Counted from the first letter of the whole stretch, positions 14,480 through 26,929 are shown. The stretch is DNA of 59,098 nt, filler included, from Bipalium vagum (GCA_037834085.1; 3 parts of 3 records of this genome joined end to end with filler, not necessarily neighbours in it), one strand, 5' to 3'. The notes: generated by a model not told the origin, from the sequence alone. Made by a program: numbers and translations.

Positions 14480-14923
14480 ACAAAAATACATCTTTCAACA
14501 AGACGGAGACCGCTCATATAGGTTATTTAGTTAAAAACTGGCTGTCCGATAATGTTGACATGTATTGGAGCAAAGAATTCTAGGTCCCAAATAGTCCAGA
14601 TTATGGCCCTATGGACTATTATGTGTGGAACATTCTTGAAAGGGTTTACTAAAAAGTCGAGACACCCTGATCTGATATCTCTACAGAATTCCATTACAGA
14701 AAGGTTTGTCCAATTGAACCAATTCCATGTAAAGAAGGCATATATGCGCTTCAGGCAGAGAATCTTGAAGGTCATAGAAGCAGAAGTTGGTGATATCGAG
14801 CAATAAAAGCACGGAACATCTTTTTAATCCAAAAATATAACTATTGCTTAAATAATTATGATATTATTTAATATCTTTGTTTAAAGTTGTTTTTTTGTCC
14901 GAATTTTGCAGGCACACCTTGTA
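14480..14923 (+). mobile_element. Tc1/maT-like transposase 3' relic with TIR
   Basis: YIFQQDG..., WLSDNVDMYWSKEF.VPNSPDYGPMDYYVW (cf. WPPNSPDLNPLDY); terminus ...ggcacaccttg-ta. Confidence 0.8.
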
Positions 14924-16499
14924 TATAATTTTATTTAAAATATCAATTTATTATATTAACCTATGTTTTCATTTAAAAGCATACATTTTAAAATAAGTTT
15001 TGAACCATTATAATATCGAAATAATCATACAATATCATAAGATTTCTTTTATGAAGGGAATGAAACACCATCAAATAATTGCAGAATTTTTTACTGTTTA
15101 CCAAAAAGATTCCATCCAACGCATAATTAATTAATAATTAATAATTAGTGGCAAAATGAATTTCTAAATGGTAGGAAAACTGTTTTCGATGAACACAAAT
15201 GTAGGAAGCCTCTTGATGGACAAAATAACTGAAAAGCTAATACAAATTGTGCAAACCTTGCAGATAATTACCTCAAGAAAGTTAAAATTACGACTAAATG
15301 TGAAAAAGCACTCTTGAATCTCTCCTTATATATATAGTGTTCCGAAATTTTATTTCGATTTGTCATTTGAAAAGCGTCATCGTTTTCATATATATCAGGA
15401 AAATGTGAAACTTATTGACATTCTTGGAGAGGATAGTTCTCGAATAATATCACACATGACCAAACATCATTCACCTTGTATATACCAGAGTTTAAGCAAG
15501 GGTCTTTAGAGTAGAAATTGCCTCGCGTGTTCAATTCAAAGAAAATGCAGTCATCGGAAATTCTTAATACTGTTTGTCTTTTGGTATGTTAAAGGCATAA
15601 TTTTGATCATTGAAATAATATCATTGAAATTGGTTGAGGATAAACATTTCATGTTACTCAAATCTAATTCAAAGAACAAGGAAGTTGCTACGGAAAAGAA
15701 GACTGTTCAAACTTTATTATCTGCAGGACAACGACTCAATACACTAATACCACTTCCATATCGTCATAAGTCATCTTTCCATATTTTCCAGATGTTCGTC
15801 CTCTGTCTTTTAGGTTCAATCATTTAAAAAGAACTTAAGCAACAATTATACTAACAATTTAGAATTTTAGAAGGACGAGACTCAAGATTTCTTTAAGAAA
15901 CCTTTCCTGAATCTCGCATCTTGCTGGAAAAAACACATGTTATTGCAAGGAAAATATTTTGAGAATTAGTGTGTACGTAAGTTGCGTTTTCTTTTCAAGA
16001 TATAAAAATTAGGGCAACTAGAAAATTGACCTTATTGACTTAAAAATTTCAAAAATTGATCAATAAAATTAAACACTATTTTAATACAAAAAATTGTCTA
16101 ACCTAATTTTAGTCAGCTGGTTTATTAAAATATATAATCATAAGCCTGATATTTTCTAAATTAAAATTTCGATACTTTGTTAACAGTTTTTAGCATTTAA
16201 AAAAATATTGTGGTAGGCTGGCATTGCTGGAGTACATTATAAAGATCAGGTGATATTTCATTTCAACTTAGTTTCATAATTGAACTTATTTCTTTATTAT
16301 CCAAACTTTTTTAATGTAATTTTGAATACCACATGTATTTTCTCCGAATGAAGTGGATGTTAAGATATTGTTTGTTTTTTTGATTGATTTTGAAGAGTTT
16401 TCAAATTTTTTAATAATTAAAACAAGCTGGTTGTAACAGCTTTTAAAAAGCATAAGATTTTGATTCAAATCAGGATCCCGAATTGATTCTTTTGCTCTA

Positions 16500-16630
16500 G
16501 TCAATAAGATTCCATTTCCCTTAAAAGTATCTATCTTTCTCACCTCTGATAGATGGTCGGAATTATATAAAGATACTTATAACCATGTTGCCCACCGACT
16601 GACAATTGGAGCAGGAGGTTGACCGATTTC
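16500..16630 (-). mobile_element. hAT-type transposase fragment
   Basis: PPAPIVSRWATWL resembles the hAT P.P..TRWGTWL motif. Confidence 0.5.
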
Positions 16631-16925
16631 TTAAAAAAATATAATCGAAAAATTTATAACTTATTATTAATAATTAGCTTAGTGTTTTAATATTAAATAT
16701 TCATCCTTGATTAAATATACAATATTTTATCTAAGATTTTTATTTAAAAATATTTAACTATTATTACCTAAAATAACTATTATTTTAACTATTAATTATT
16801 AAACTATTATTAATTAACTATTAACTATTATTATTAAAATATTATTATATTTAAATCCATATATATTTTATCAGCCGAAAGTAGCTATATCTTCAAGCAA
16901 TAAGGCAACTGCAATTGTAAATACT

Positions 16926-17110
16926 TACCCAAAAGAATTTATAATTTCACCAACCGGAAGCCTATTTTGTTTACTATGCGAATCAATCGTTGGTTGTGAA
17001 AAGATGTACTTTGACGAAAAATATCGCGCCATAAATAAGCATAGTAAATTTATGAAAAACGTGTCAAAACAATCGTCAAGTTTGTTTTCCAAACAGCAAT
17101 TTATTCAGTT
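16926..17110 (+). mobile_element. CGGBP1-like zinc-finger N-terminus of a hAT-type element
   Basis: YPKEFIISPTGSLFCLLCESIVGCEK...NKH fits the F..G.LFC..C...V...K...H pattern. Confidence 0.5.
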
Positions 17111-17609
17111 TTTTATAATTAATTAAAAATAAGTTACAATATTTACAAATTTTTAAAAAAATTGATTTTATTACTCTAAAAAAAATTAATTTAAAATTTA
17201 AAAATTGACCGTGTTTACTTTTTAGTTGCCCTAATATTAATGTCTTCCTATACGAATGACAATACTTATTGGGTGCAATACGTATACTTATGTGGAAGAA
17301 GCTCCCATTATCGGACAGGGCAGTCCGAATCATTGTGATCATAACGATAGAGAAAGAAAAAGAAAAACAAGCAAAAGAAGAAAATGGAGAACCAACAGAA
17401 GACAAACCAAATAATAGATTATGACAAAGGACTGAAAATAATATTTTTAAATGTTCCTGTTCAAATTTAATAAAGTTTTCTGATTTTTTATACACTGGTG
17501 GAAATAAAATTATAGCCACCATGATTTTATTTGTTTTTTATCCTTATCTTTCCAAATGTTTGTTTGTCTTGTTAAATATTATGCAACATTTGAGCAGAGG
17601 TATTGGTTT

Positions 17610-17709
17610 NNNNNNNNNNNNNNNNNNNNNNNNNNNNNNNNNNNNNNNNNNNNTTAATTAATTAANNNNNNNNNNNNNNNNNNNNNNNNNNNNNNNNNNN
17701 NNNNNNNNN
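17610..17709. other. Assembly gap with artificial TTAATTAATTAA spacer
   Basis: 100 nt: Ns around ttaattaattaa (17654-17665), which encodes stops in all six frames. Confidence 0.97.
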
Positions 17710-19559
17710 TTTATTCTGGTGTGGTATAAATACAAGTGTTGCTTTACTGATTGTTTTGATTTGCACCACCTAAGATTTTGGAGTCAAGTTTAAATCTGAT
17801 ACCCTAAATATTGAACAATCACGTGATGATGCCACCCTAAAATTGTGATTTTTTGGATAACTTTGCACAATTAATTATTAATGAGGTTTTATTTTAAAAG
17901 ATATTTTTGTAACCCCACCAGTCTTTTTAATTGTGTTAATTTTTATTAATGTTAATCGTCAATTATTTTTATTAATCCTTGGAGGAAGATTTCTATCATT
18001 CTCTAATGTCATTTCATTTTCATTTTCATTTCATTTCATTTTCATTGACCTAAAATTATTAACAGTAAATAGATGGAATTTCTATGTTTGTGATACGAAT
18101 TAAAAGTTGGAATTTTTCACGACTAAATGTTATAGAAACATAAGGTTAAAATATCAATAATTAAACCTGTTAGTGATTGAATTAATTTTTCGGAAAAATA
18201 AACTCACAATTTTAATAATAAATAAACTGAGAAAATTCACAATATTTTCAAAATATTTTTACAGTTATTTGGAAACTTTATTTTCCATTGTTTTACTGAA
18301 ATACTTTGTTTATTGTTCGCAATGAATCGCATAAATTTGAATTAAGATTTTTTAAAAGTAAATAATGCTCAGGGGAAAATATTATCAATCTGTTATTGAT
18401 AGTGTATGGTTGATTTTTTATTTTTAATTGTGATTTTTGATGATAGGAAGGTGACCATGAAAGATTGAATGAAACGAGATCCGAAGTAAAGGTATTTCAC
18501 ATGTTTTCTACTACTTTAATGAGCCATCAATGTTTATCGATTTTCACAAATATAAATTAATAACTTCCAGGTTTTGATAATTTTAATTTCCATATTAAAT
18601 GATGATTATATATGATAGAGTTACTGATTTTTAAGGGAATTTGTTATTGAAAGTATCATTTTGAATCGACCTTAAATAATTTAAAATTAATAATTATAAA
18701 ATCGAAACTAATTTTATTATTTTAACTATTATTAATGATACAGAAATCTATGAATATTTTAGTACATAGTAATTTAATAAAATAATAATAAGAATCATTA
18801 ATAATAAATATCAATAATAAAAAGTAAAAATAATAAAATCAATAAACATTTAAATTATTTTAATAATAATTAACAGTAAATCATTATCATAATAAAGCCA
18901 ATAATTATTTTTTATTATTGATTAATCGAGTAGGCAACAAAATACTTCAAATAAAATAAATTGATTTCATCATTGAGTTATTGTGAATGACTAAAAATTT
19001 TATTTATTAAGTCATGTTGGCACAGAATACGGCACAATTGGTCATCTCTTAGTGAGATTTGATTAATTCACGTTCAGAAATATAATGAAATGTTATTTAA
19101 TTTTTATTTTAATTTTTTCGATCAATATTGTTTTTATTGACAAATTTAATTAACTATTAATTGCTTATTCTATTTGATATTAGAATTGTTTAAAAATCTC
19201 TTGGTAATAAATTTAAGAGTAATTTTTTAATTGGTAATAAATTATTTTAAATTAATTTTTTTAAAATAAAAATTTTATATTAATAATAATATTATTTTAT
19301 TTTGAGAAAATTATTATGATTATTAATTCTGATATTTGCTAAAAAAATTAATATTAATTTTCTATACTTTTTTCTATAATGTTTTTCTAAAAAAATTATG
19401 TACGGTCTTCTTGGACATTTGATCTTTAATAGATTTAATTGGTAAATTAAAAGTTATACTTTAAATCTATCTCTTTAATATTAATAATTTTTATTCAGAA
19501 TGTTTAAATTTATCAATTCATCAAAAACGGAACTATGTTTAAAAACATATCTACTCCAT

Positions 19560-20554
19560 TTTTTATTGGTTAGAAAAAAATCAAATGGCTTTCATCCTTG
19601 GTGACTTATCATGGTAATTATTTCCTCCTCTTACTATTATGGCTTTTAATTGTATTAGGAAATCCAAAAATGTTGATCTTTCTAAGCAAAAAATTAGAAA
19701 ATATTTCATTTAACCATAATAATTACATCATCGGTGTGTGATAATTTCACCAAGTGCATCAAAGCACCTATTGCTTTTGTTGTCATCCAAGTCAACGGAT
19801 TCAAATATAAAATCTTGAAAAAAATTCCACCAGTTCGATCTCAATGGTCATTGTACAGGCGTCTGAGTTGTCACATTTTTCATATTATTATGTTTACCTT
19901 TCTTTCCCAGCCTTTCCCGAAATGTAATGAATTTATCTGATCGTCAGGAATATCTCAGCCTGACAAAAAGGAAAGAGGTTTTTTGTCAAGCAATTTTTAA
20001 CAAGTATTGGTCAATTTCCAATGACTGATCTCCTTATGCTGACAAAAAAGCAAGTAACAACCTGAAATTATTTGTAATCAATATTCAATAATAAATTCTC
20101 AATAATATCGAAATCAAATATGAAATTAGCAAACCTGTCACAGATGAATTGTACAATGGTTTGGGGAAAAAAAATTTTCTGCAGACCATTTCCAGATTCA
20201 ACAAATATTTTTACGAGTTCGATGATTTTCTCTTCATTCTAAATATACTTATTCTTCATATATTCGTTGATCCGAGCTTGAGAGTAATTCGAATAAAACA
20301 GTACTTGCTTATTGAAGGAGTTCACCTTACCTCTAAAATTTATCAAACTATTGAAAATTTCTGCCTTTAAAAGCCCCACTGCTAAATGAAGCAATGAGTT
20401 CTTTTCATCGTCAGAACTATTGGAGTAATCTCCACAACTATTTAATGAAACAGGTATACATTGTACTGTTATAGAAGCAGCTTTCTCCCCTTGACAGTAG
20501 AATTTATCAGAGGGTATTTCTGTAAACTTCTTTTAAAGAAATTTTATAATCATC
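19560..20554 (-). mobile_element. Possible Sola-like transposase relic
   Basis: VCRKFF (cf. VCKKFFLNTL) and GFPNTIKSH (cf. SFP..ESHY); many stops. Confidence 0.3.
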
Positions 20555-20557
20555 TGA

Positions 20558-21650
20558 TAATGGGAAAAAGAAAGTTTTTAAAAATAAAAATTGACTATTG
20601 TTTCTAATTAATGAAAATAAAAAAAATAAATGTCTTTTAGAAAAATTTTGAGAACTGAAAAAGTTAATGTATTAATGGATGAAATTCAAAATAATAATAA
20701 TAATATAACAATTATAATAATAATAAAAGTTAAGACAAAGAAAATACATTTTTGTCTAACCTCTATGTATCGACTGCAGTCTGCTCCTCTCTTTATCAGC
20801 TAATCACCAAGGTATTCGCAGAAAATTGTTGATGAAACTGGAAAAGAAAATATAATGTATTCATGAAAGAAACTCAAAATAAAAAATAATAATATTAAAT
20901 GTTAAGACAAATAAAAAATATTTTTTGTCTAACCTCCGTGTATCGACTGCAAGCTGCTCCTCTCTTTAACAGCTAATCACCAAGGTCTTCGCAGTAACTT
21001 TTCGATGAGTGGAAAAGAAAATATAATGTAAAAATGAAAGAAACTCAAAATAATATTTAAAGTTAAGACAAAGATAATATATTTTTTGTCTAACCTTCAT
21101 GTATTGACTGCAATCTGCCCCTCTCTTTAATAACTCATCACAAGGGTCTTAGCGTGTATTTGTCACAGCGCAACACAAAACAATAATAATGGGAAAAAGA
21201 AAATTATAAAAAATTTATTATTATTATTTTTAATTAATGAAAACAATAAGAAATAAATTTCTTTTAGAAAATTTTTGAGAATTAGAATAGAAAAGTTAAT
21301 GTATTAATGAAGAAACTCAATAATAATAATAATAAAACAATAATAATAACAAAAGTTAGGACAGAAAGAAAATATATTTTTTGTGTTATCTCCATGTATC
21401 GACTGCAGTCTGCTCCTCTCTTTAACAGCTAATCACCAAGTTCTTTGCAGAATATTTTTTGATGAAACTGGAAAAGAAAATATAATGTATTAATGAAAGA
21501 AACTCAAAATAAAAAATAATAATATTAAAAGTTAAGACAGAAAGAAAATATATTTTTTGTCTAATCTTCATGTATCGACTGCAATCTGCTCCTCTCTTTA
21601 ACAACTAATCACAAAGATCTTTGCTCTATCACAGTGAAACAAAAAAAAAT
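20558..21650. repeat. Tandem ~160-180-bp repeat (5 core copies) with higher-order duplication
   Basis: Core aagttaagaca...tttttgtctaacct.catgtatcgactgca.tctgctcctctcttta.cagctaatcac near 20727, 20900, 21060, 21353 and 21528; lead-in block aatgggaaaaagaaa... repeated at ~20559 and ~21188. Confidence 0.92.
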
Positions 21651-22384
21651 CTGATCCGTATTTGAAGACAATATCATCAAATCAAATTCTCTGAGAAATC
21701 CACTCATAAATCCTGTTTCAGTTATTTTCATATTCCATGAATCAAAATTCTACTTTTGAAGATCTTCATTTGAAAGTAAATTGATCTGTCCCGGAAATAT
21801 CGTTCTTTTAATGAATAAAACTAATTTCGTAAAGTTCTGTCAATATCTATTCTTCTATACATCTTTTTTTCTTATATACTTATTGAAATAATTTAATTAA
21901 TTTCAAAATAATTATTAATTATAAATATTTTATTACTACTATAATTAATCTAAAATTTATTAAAATAAAAAATGATATATAAATAATAACTATATTATAA
22001 TTATTTCATAAATAAATTAAATAAATATTATAATTAATATTTATAATATTAATTAATAATAAATATTAAATAAAATTAATTGAAAACGAATAAATGCACT
22101 TAAAAAATTGTAATGTATGAGAAATAATAAGGTGAAAGAAATTCTGTCAATCTCTTTTTATTACACTTTCTGAAATGCTTACGTGCGCGTTTTAATAAAT
22201 TTAGCGTTAATATTATAATCAATTATTTTATAAAATTAAATTTATTTATATATAAAAATATTTTCAAAATAATTAATTTTTTTTAATTATTTCATTAAAC
22301 TAAAATAATAATAATAATAAAAATAATAATCAATTTTTAAAAAAATTATAAAAATTGAATTTCCTATATTTTGATTATGATAAT

Positions 22385-24191
22385 TATGTGCAAATAAGCA
22401 TCTTCACATCCCAGCGACCCTGATACCTTTCTTCCATAACACTAATGTCTTGATGAAATAGTTCTTGTTCTTCGTTCATGTCACCGCAATTGTCAGGAAA
22501 GTGTGAGTTGAGGAAATGTATCTTTGCAGACATACGTGCATCAAGAACCTAGAAACTCTGAAGGAGCTCTTCCACAATATGCTCATAGTCTGAACTTCGA
22601 TAGTTTCCTAGGAAATTGTGGATGATGGACTTGAATGTACGCCAAGTATTGGCTTCATAATTTTTAGGACAATCATCGAAATCAGTATCTTTCAGGAGCT
22701 CTCTAATTTGAGAACCATCAAAAATCCCTGCTTCCAATTTAGCCTTACTTATGCGCGGAAATTTATTTTTAATGAAAGCAAAAGCTTGACCTTTCCTGTC
22801 TAGTTACTTGACAACATTTTTGATTACGCCGAGCTTGATGTGCAGCGGTGAAAGCAAAATCTTCTGGGGATTGATAAGATCATTGGAAAGAACATTATGT
22901 GAACCTGGCTGGAGATGAGGTCTTACTGGCCAATCCCTTCGTATGTAATGCTGCTTGTCTGCCCTACTGTCCTATAAACAGATGAAACAGGGATATTTTG
23001 TATATCCACTTTGTAGACCAAGCAACAAAGAAATAACTTTTAGATCACCACATATCTTCCAGTTGTGATTTTCGTACTTTAAATTACGAAGAAGAAGCTT
23101 CATATTTCCATAGTTTTCCGACATTTGCATCGATTAGCCCACCGGAACAGAAGAGACTTTGTTACCATTATATAATAGTACAGTTTTCAGACTTCTGGAT
23201 GAAGAGTCGATGAATAGGGGCCATTCTAAAGGGCTGTATGTTAAATCCATAGCTGCTTTAAGGCCGCTTATATCATTGCAGTAAATAAGCGATACTTCTT
23301 TATGCAGTGTGAAGTATTTACGAAATTCTTCTTCACGATTACGGTACCAGGAGAATGTCACTGATGGATGTAACAGATGATTTTCCTTCAGCCGAGATCT
23401 CAAACGCTGAGCAGATTCCTTGGACAAGCATAGATCTCTTATCAATTCGTTCAGCTCAGTTTGGTTAAAGGGTATGGGTTCAGTTGTTGCAGCTGTTGGC
23501 TCATATGTTGCAGATTTATTCATAAAATCCATATCTTCACATGAATCATACGAAGAATTTATATGATGGGGTGTATTTGGAATTGGGACTTCTGGTCCAC
23601 GAGGAACCGGTTTCAGCGCAGATGGAACATCAGGATACTTGACATGATGTTTAGCTTTTCTATTTATGCCTTCCAGATTTGTCATGCAAAAATATCAGTC
23701 ACTTGCATGATCTCTTCCTTCTCTCCAAATCATAGGGATACCAAATGAGAGGCTTTTTTGTTTGCTCCAGCGTCGCAGACCTTCGACACATGTTTTACAA
23801 CATATGTGAGGTGCAAAAGCTTTGTCTTGATCACCAAGCTTAATACCAAAAAAATTGGTGATAGGCAACTGTCGACCCGAGAAAATTACTTGACCACAAA
23901 TGTAGCAGAACTTGCCACTATTGTTTTTGCACTTTCTATTCATCTAAAAATGTAATTTAAATATATTCTTTAATTATAATGTTTCACGTACTATCTATGA
24001 AAATTTCTTTTTCAATTTAAAAAATCTCACGATTTGTACAATTATGTAAAAAATTTGTTATTTAAAATATACATATTAAATGAAAACTTGAGGTGATGGA
24101 GCAAAATGACTTACATGTTTGAAATCAGCATGAAAAAACGATTCAGAAATGCATAATAAAATCCAGACCGCCAAAATGATGCAGACCAGTG
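22385..24191 (-). mobile_element. Chapaev3 (CMC) DNA transposon, near full-length pseudogenised transposase
   Basis: MNRKCKNNSGKFCYICG..GDQDKAFAPHICC..PMIWRE..; YPDVPSALKPVP; LFIDSSSRSLK; PLHIKLG; GIFDGSQIR; FLGN; FHQDI..MEERYQGRWD. Starts CACTG at 24191 next to a TWA triplet. Few lesions; 3' end deleted. Confidence 0.85.
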
Positions 24192-25181
24192 TAATTAATT
24201 ATTAATAATCATACATTAATAATTATTTTAAATTAAAATAATTAATATTAAAAATTTGAAATTTCGGAGAAAAGAATAAAATGATATGATTTTTCAGTTA
24301 TAAATTAAATTAAAATAAATATTCTGAATCTCAAATAAAAACAAAACAAAATAAAATAATAATAATTAAATAAATAAAAAAATTCCATTTTATTTATATT
24401 TTAAAAAATATTTTTAAAATTATTATTTTTTATCAATTTTTTTTCATTATCTTCTGTTTTTCTAAATTATCACAATTATTTTCGTTGTCGTTTGAAGTCA
24501 TCAAAAATATCGACAGTGGAAAAAATGCTATTCAATAATAAAAATGATTTTTCCCCGTTATTGTTTATTTCTCTAATTTATTTAAACTTTAACCGCATGT
24601 TTCATTATATTTTATATTATAATTTATAACTGCAAATTGTGTTTGAAATGATAAAATTTTCTGAAAAATTTAAATGGAAAAGTTATTTTAAATTTCAATA
24701 AAATAATTTCAATAACATCCCTTCCTCATACATTGTCCCAGTGATATTTTTATATAATGTAATATCTTTTGTGTAAAAAGTACAAGGAACTTTTTAAGAA
24801 AACAAAAATTTATTTTGTCACTTTCAAAAAAGCATCATCAAATGTTGTCACCTCTCGTCTAAAATTCCACGTAAAACAATACCAAATTATTGGAAAAAAG
24901 TATTATCGATCGATATCTCTAATGGATTTTTTAATATAATAATTTCCGAGTACTTTTTACGAGATTTATCAGTTTGAATTAAATGATCGTAACAATATCA
25001 AATGGGAACCGTTCGAATTTTGAGATTCGGACATCAAAACCAATATGGAAATATTGAAACGATTAATTTGCTGGCAAAATGTTTTTGCTCAGCGTTATCA
25101 CAGCGATTAGCGAATCTTTGATATATACTTTGTCCCCAGGAACGTTGTTCTGTAAATAAATCATCATCATCAAATTACAGC

Positions 25182-26645
25182 TTGTTAAATGGGGCACCAA
25201 TGAATCAGGCAGAAAATTTAGAATTTGGATCGCTTCAAATTCAAGAAGAATTTGTTTTCCTTTCTCCAAATGAAAGTGGCAGAGAAGCAGACAATGTTAG
25301 AAAGGAATTTGTGGATCAAGGTCTCAGTGAAAATGTTAATTCTTTGCCGAAGAAATGTAGGACTTGCAGTTATCCCAACGATGAAGGAATAGAGACTTGT
25401 ATAATTTGTCTGCATTCGCTGGTGGTGACACATGAACCAGTCGTTAACGTCACAATCAAGGAAAAGGTCGAAGAAGAAAAGGCAAAGGTTGGTCAGAAAG
25501 AAATGTTATTCGACATCAATATTGATGAAGATGAAAGGAAAAATAAGAACGAGAAAAAAGTTTGGGAATGTAAATTGTGCAAATGTGTCTGCGTTCCGAC
25601 GACTGTCAATTGCGAAGCATGTTTGGAAATGCGCGACTCTTCGGATGTGCCGGAATCTGAGTTTCCCAACGACCAGTTCTGGCAACCTGACGAAAAATGG
25701 TTGTGCAATACTTGCGACACTTTCAATTTGGTTGATGTTTTCAAATGCACCAAATGTTCCTCATTGGCAGACTTTATAGATAAATGGAAATGTGAGAGGT
25801 GCACCTTTGACAACAGGAGACTGAGTGTGTTTTGTGTAACATGTTTAAAAACCAATGACAATTTGGGCAAATGTGCTCAGTGTCGTAAAAGCATAATCGA
25901 TAAACAATTCGGAGATGATCTTTGCAGTAAGTGTTTCGAGGAGAAGAAGAAAAAAGAAATGAAGAAAAGGCATTCATACAAGGCTGATCAGAAAATGTGG
26001 AAAATGGTAGACAACGATGAGGAGAAAGAGAAAAAAGCCGAACTGTTCTTTATTCAGGACCCCTTATACAAGACGTTCTTTTTTTTCAAGAAACCTGTTA
26101 ACAGAAAACTTGTTCCAGACAGTGAACAGAAAAGTAGCATGGCGTTTCAAGAACACGAGAACCAGGAGTCTTTTTATCGAAGAAAATTGGAGCAATGGAA
26201 AAGACGGTGTAAAAATTGCCAAAAAATGTTGCATGAAAACAGGGAAGTATTTTGCTGTCGGGAATGTGAACAGTATCGATGGTACTGTAACAACAGCGCC
26301 TGTAACGGGATTAATTTTATATGTTATGCCTATTGTCAGAAATGTAACGTTCAAAGGAATTCTGATTTGTCCGATTGCCAAAGCTTCAGCAAATGGATCA
26401 ACAATCGCGAAGTCGTTCTGTTCCAATGTGACATTTGTCTACGGTTCAATGACGACCAACGCTCGCAATGTGTCAATTGTGGCAGACAACGAAAGACACC
26501 AAGTCGTTACAAACAGTCTCAACTGTACGCTGGGTTTCCTTTTCCGGAATTCGTTACGAAAAACAAATTTCTCTTTCGACTGGCCGCTGCCGGATATTGG
26601 CTGTACTTTCAAATCAAGAACCGGAAGAAGTTTAATGAGAAATGA
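25182..26645 (+). CDS. Intronless multi-zinc-finger protein (~6 RanBP2/NZF-like fingers plus 2 other C4 fingers)
   Basis: 487 open codons in DNA that otherwise lacks long ORFs; repeated W-x-C-x2-C-x3-N-x6-C-x2-C, e.g. WKCERCTFDNRRLSVFCVTC and WLCNTCDTFNLVDVFKCTKC. First ATG at 25200; possible splice acceptor ending at 25139. Confidence 0.85.
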   Translation: MLNGAPMNQAENLEFGSLQIQEEFVFLSPNESGREADNVRKEFVDQGLSENVNSLPKKCRTCSYPNDEGIETCIICLHSLVVTHEPVVNVTIKEKVEEEKAKVGQKEMLFDINIDEDERKNKNEKKVWECKLCKCVCVPTTVNCEACLEMRDSSDVPESEFPNDQFWQPDEKWLCNTCDTFNLVDVFKCTKCSSLADFIDKWKCERCTFDNRRLSVFCVTCLKTNDNLGKCAQCRKSIIDKQFGDDLCSKCFEEKKKKEMKKRHSYKADQKMWKMVDNDEEKEKKAELFFIQDPLYKTFFFFKKPVNRKLVPDSEQKSSMAFQEHENQESFYRRKLEQWKRRCKNCQKMLHENREVFCCRECEQYRWYCNNSACNGINFICYAYCQKCNVQRNSDLSDCQSFSKWINNREVVLFQCDICLRFNDDQRSQCVNCGRQRKTPSRYKQSQLYAGFPFPEFVTKNKFLFRLAAAGYWLYFQIKNRKKFNEK

Positions 26646-26929
26646 ATCGGTTTTTTGTTCGTTCATGTCTTTTTTACCTTCCAAAATTAAATTACTCACA
26701 TGTAACATCCAAAGGTGGAAGTGGAACTTGTCAAATAGTTTTTTATCTAATTTTCGCTCGATGTTTTATTATTGATTTGAAAATAATTTCGATTTTTATT
26801 ATTATATTTGATAATTTTTATTTTTGGTGATATTCTAAATTGTCATTTCAAATACAATTGTGTTCTTCCTGTGCCTTTCTCTATACTCTCTATGAACACA
26901 GTACTTTTTTGATATATTTAATCCCATTA

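Noticed and set aside
17076-17522. 148-aa minus-strand ORF (similarly 40325-40681, 3813-4037, 39468-39686)
   Set aside because: F/I/L/K/N-biased translations of AT-rich low-complexity DNA with no domain or splice support.
17654-17665. Palindromic TTAATTAATTAA inside N runs (also 42259-42270)
   Set aside because: Artificial six-frame-stop linker in fixed 100-nt gaps; not biological.
17458-17817. Possible LTR (TGTTCAA...TTGAACA) spanning the first gap
   Set aside because: No matching TSD, and the gap prevents verification.
20727-21620. CRISPR-like appearance of regularly spaced conserved cores
   Set aside because: The intervening sequences are homologous to each other rather than unique spacers, units are too long, there are no cas genes, and the context is eukaryotic.
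20727-21620. Possible hammerhead ribozymes in the tandem repeat
   Set aside because: No CUGANGA...GAAA core with supporting stems found on either strand.
25063-26830. Several overlapping and antisense ORFs (e.g. 26017-26775, 25493-25870)
   Set aside because: Shadow frames of the GC-richer zinc-finger ORF; no motifs of their own.
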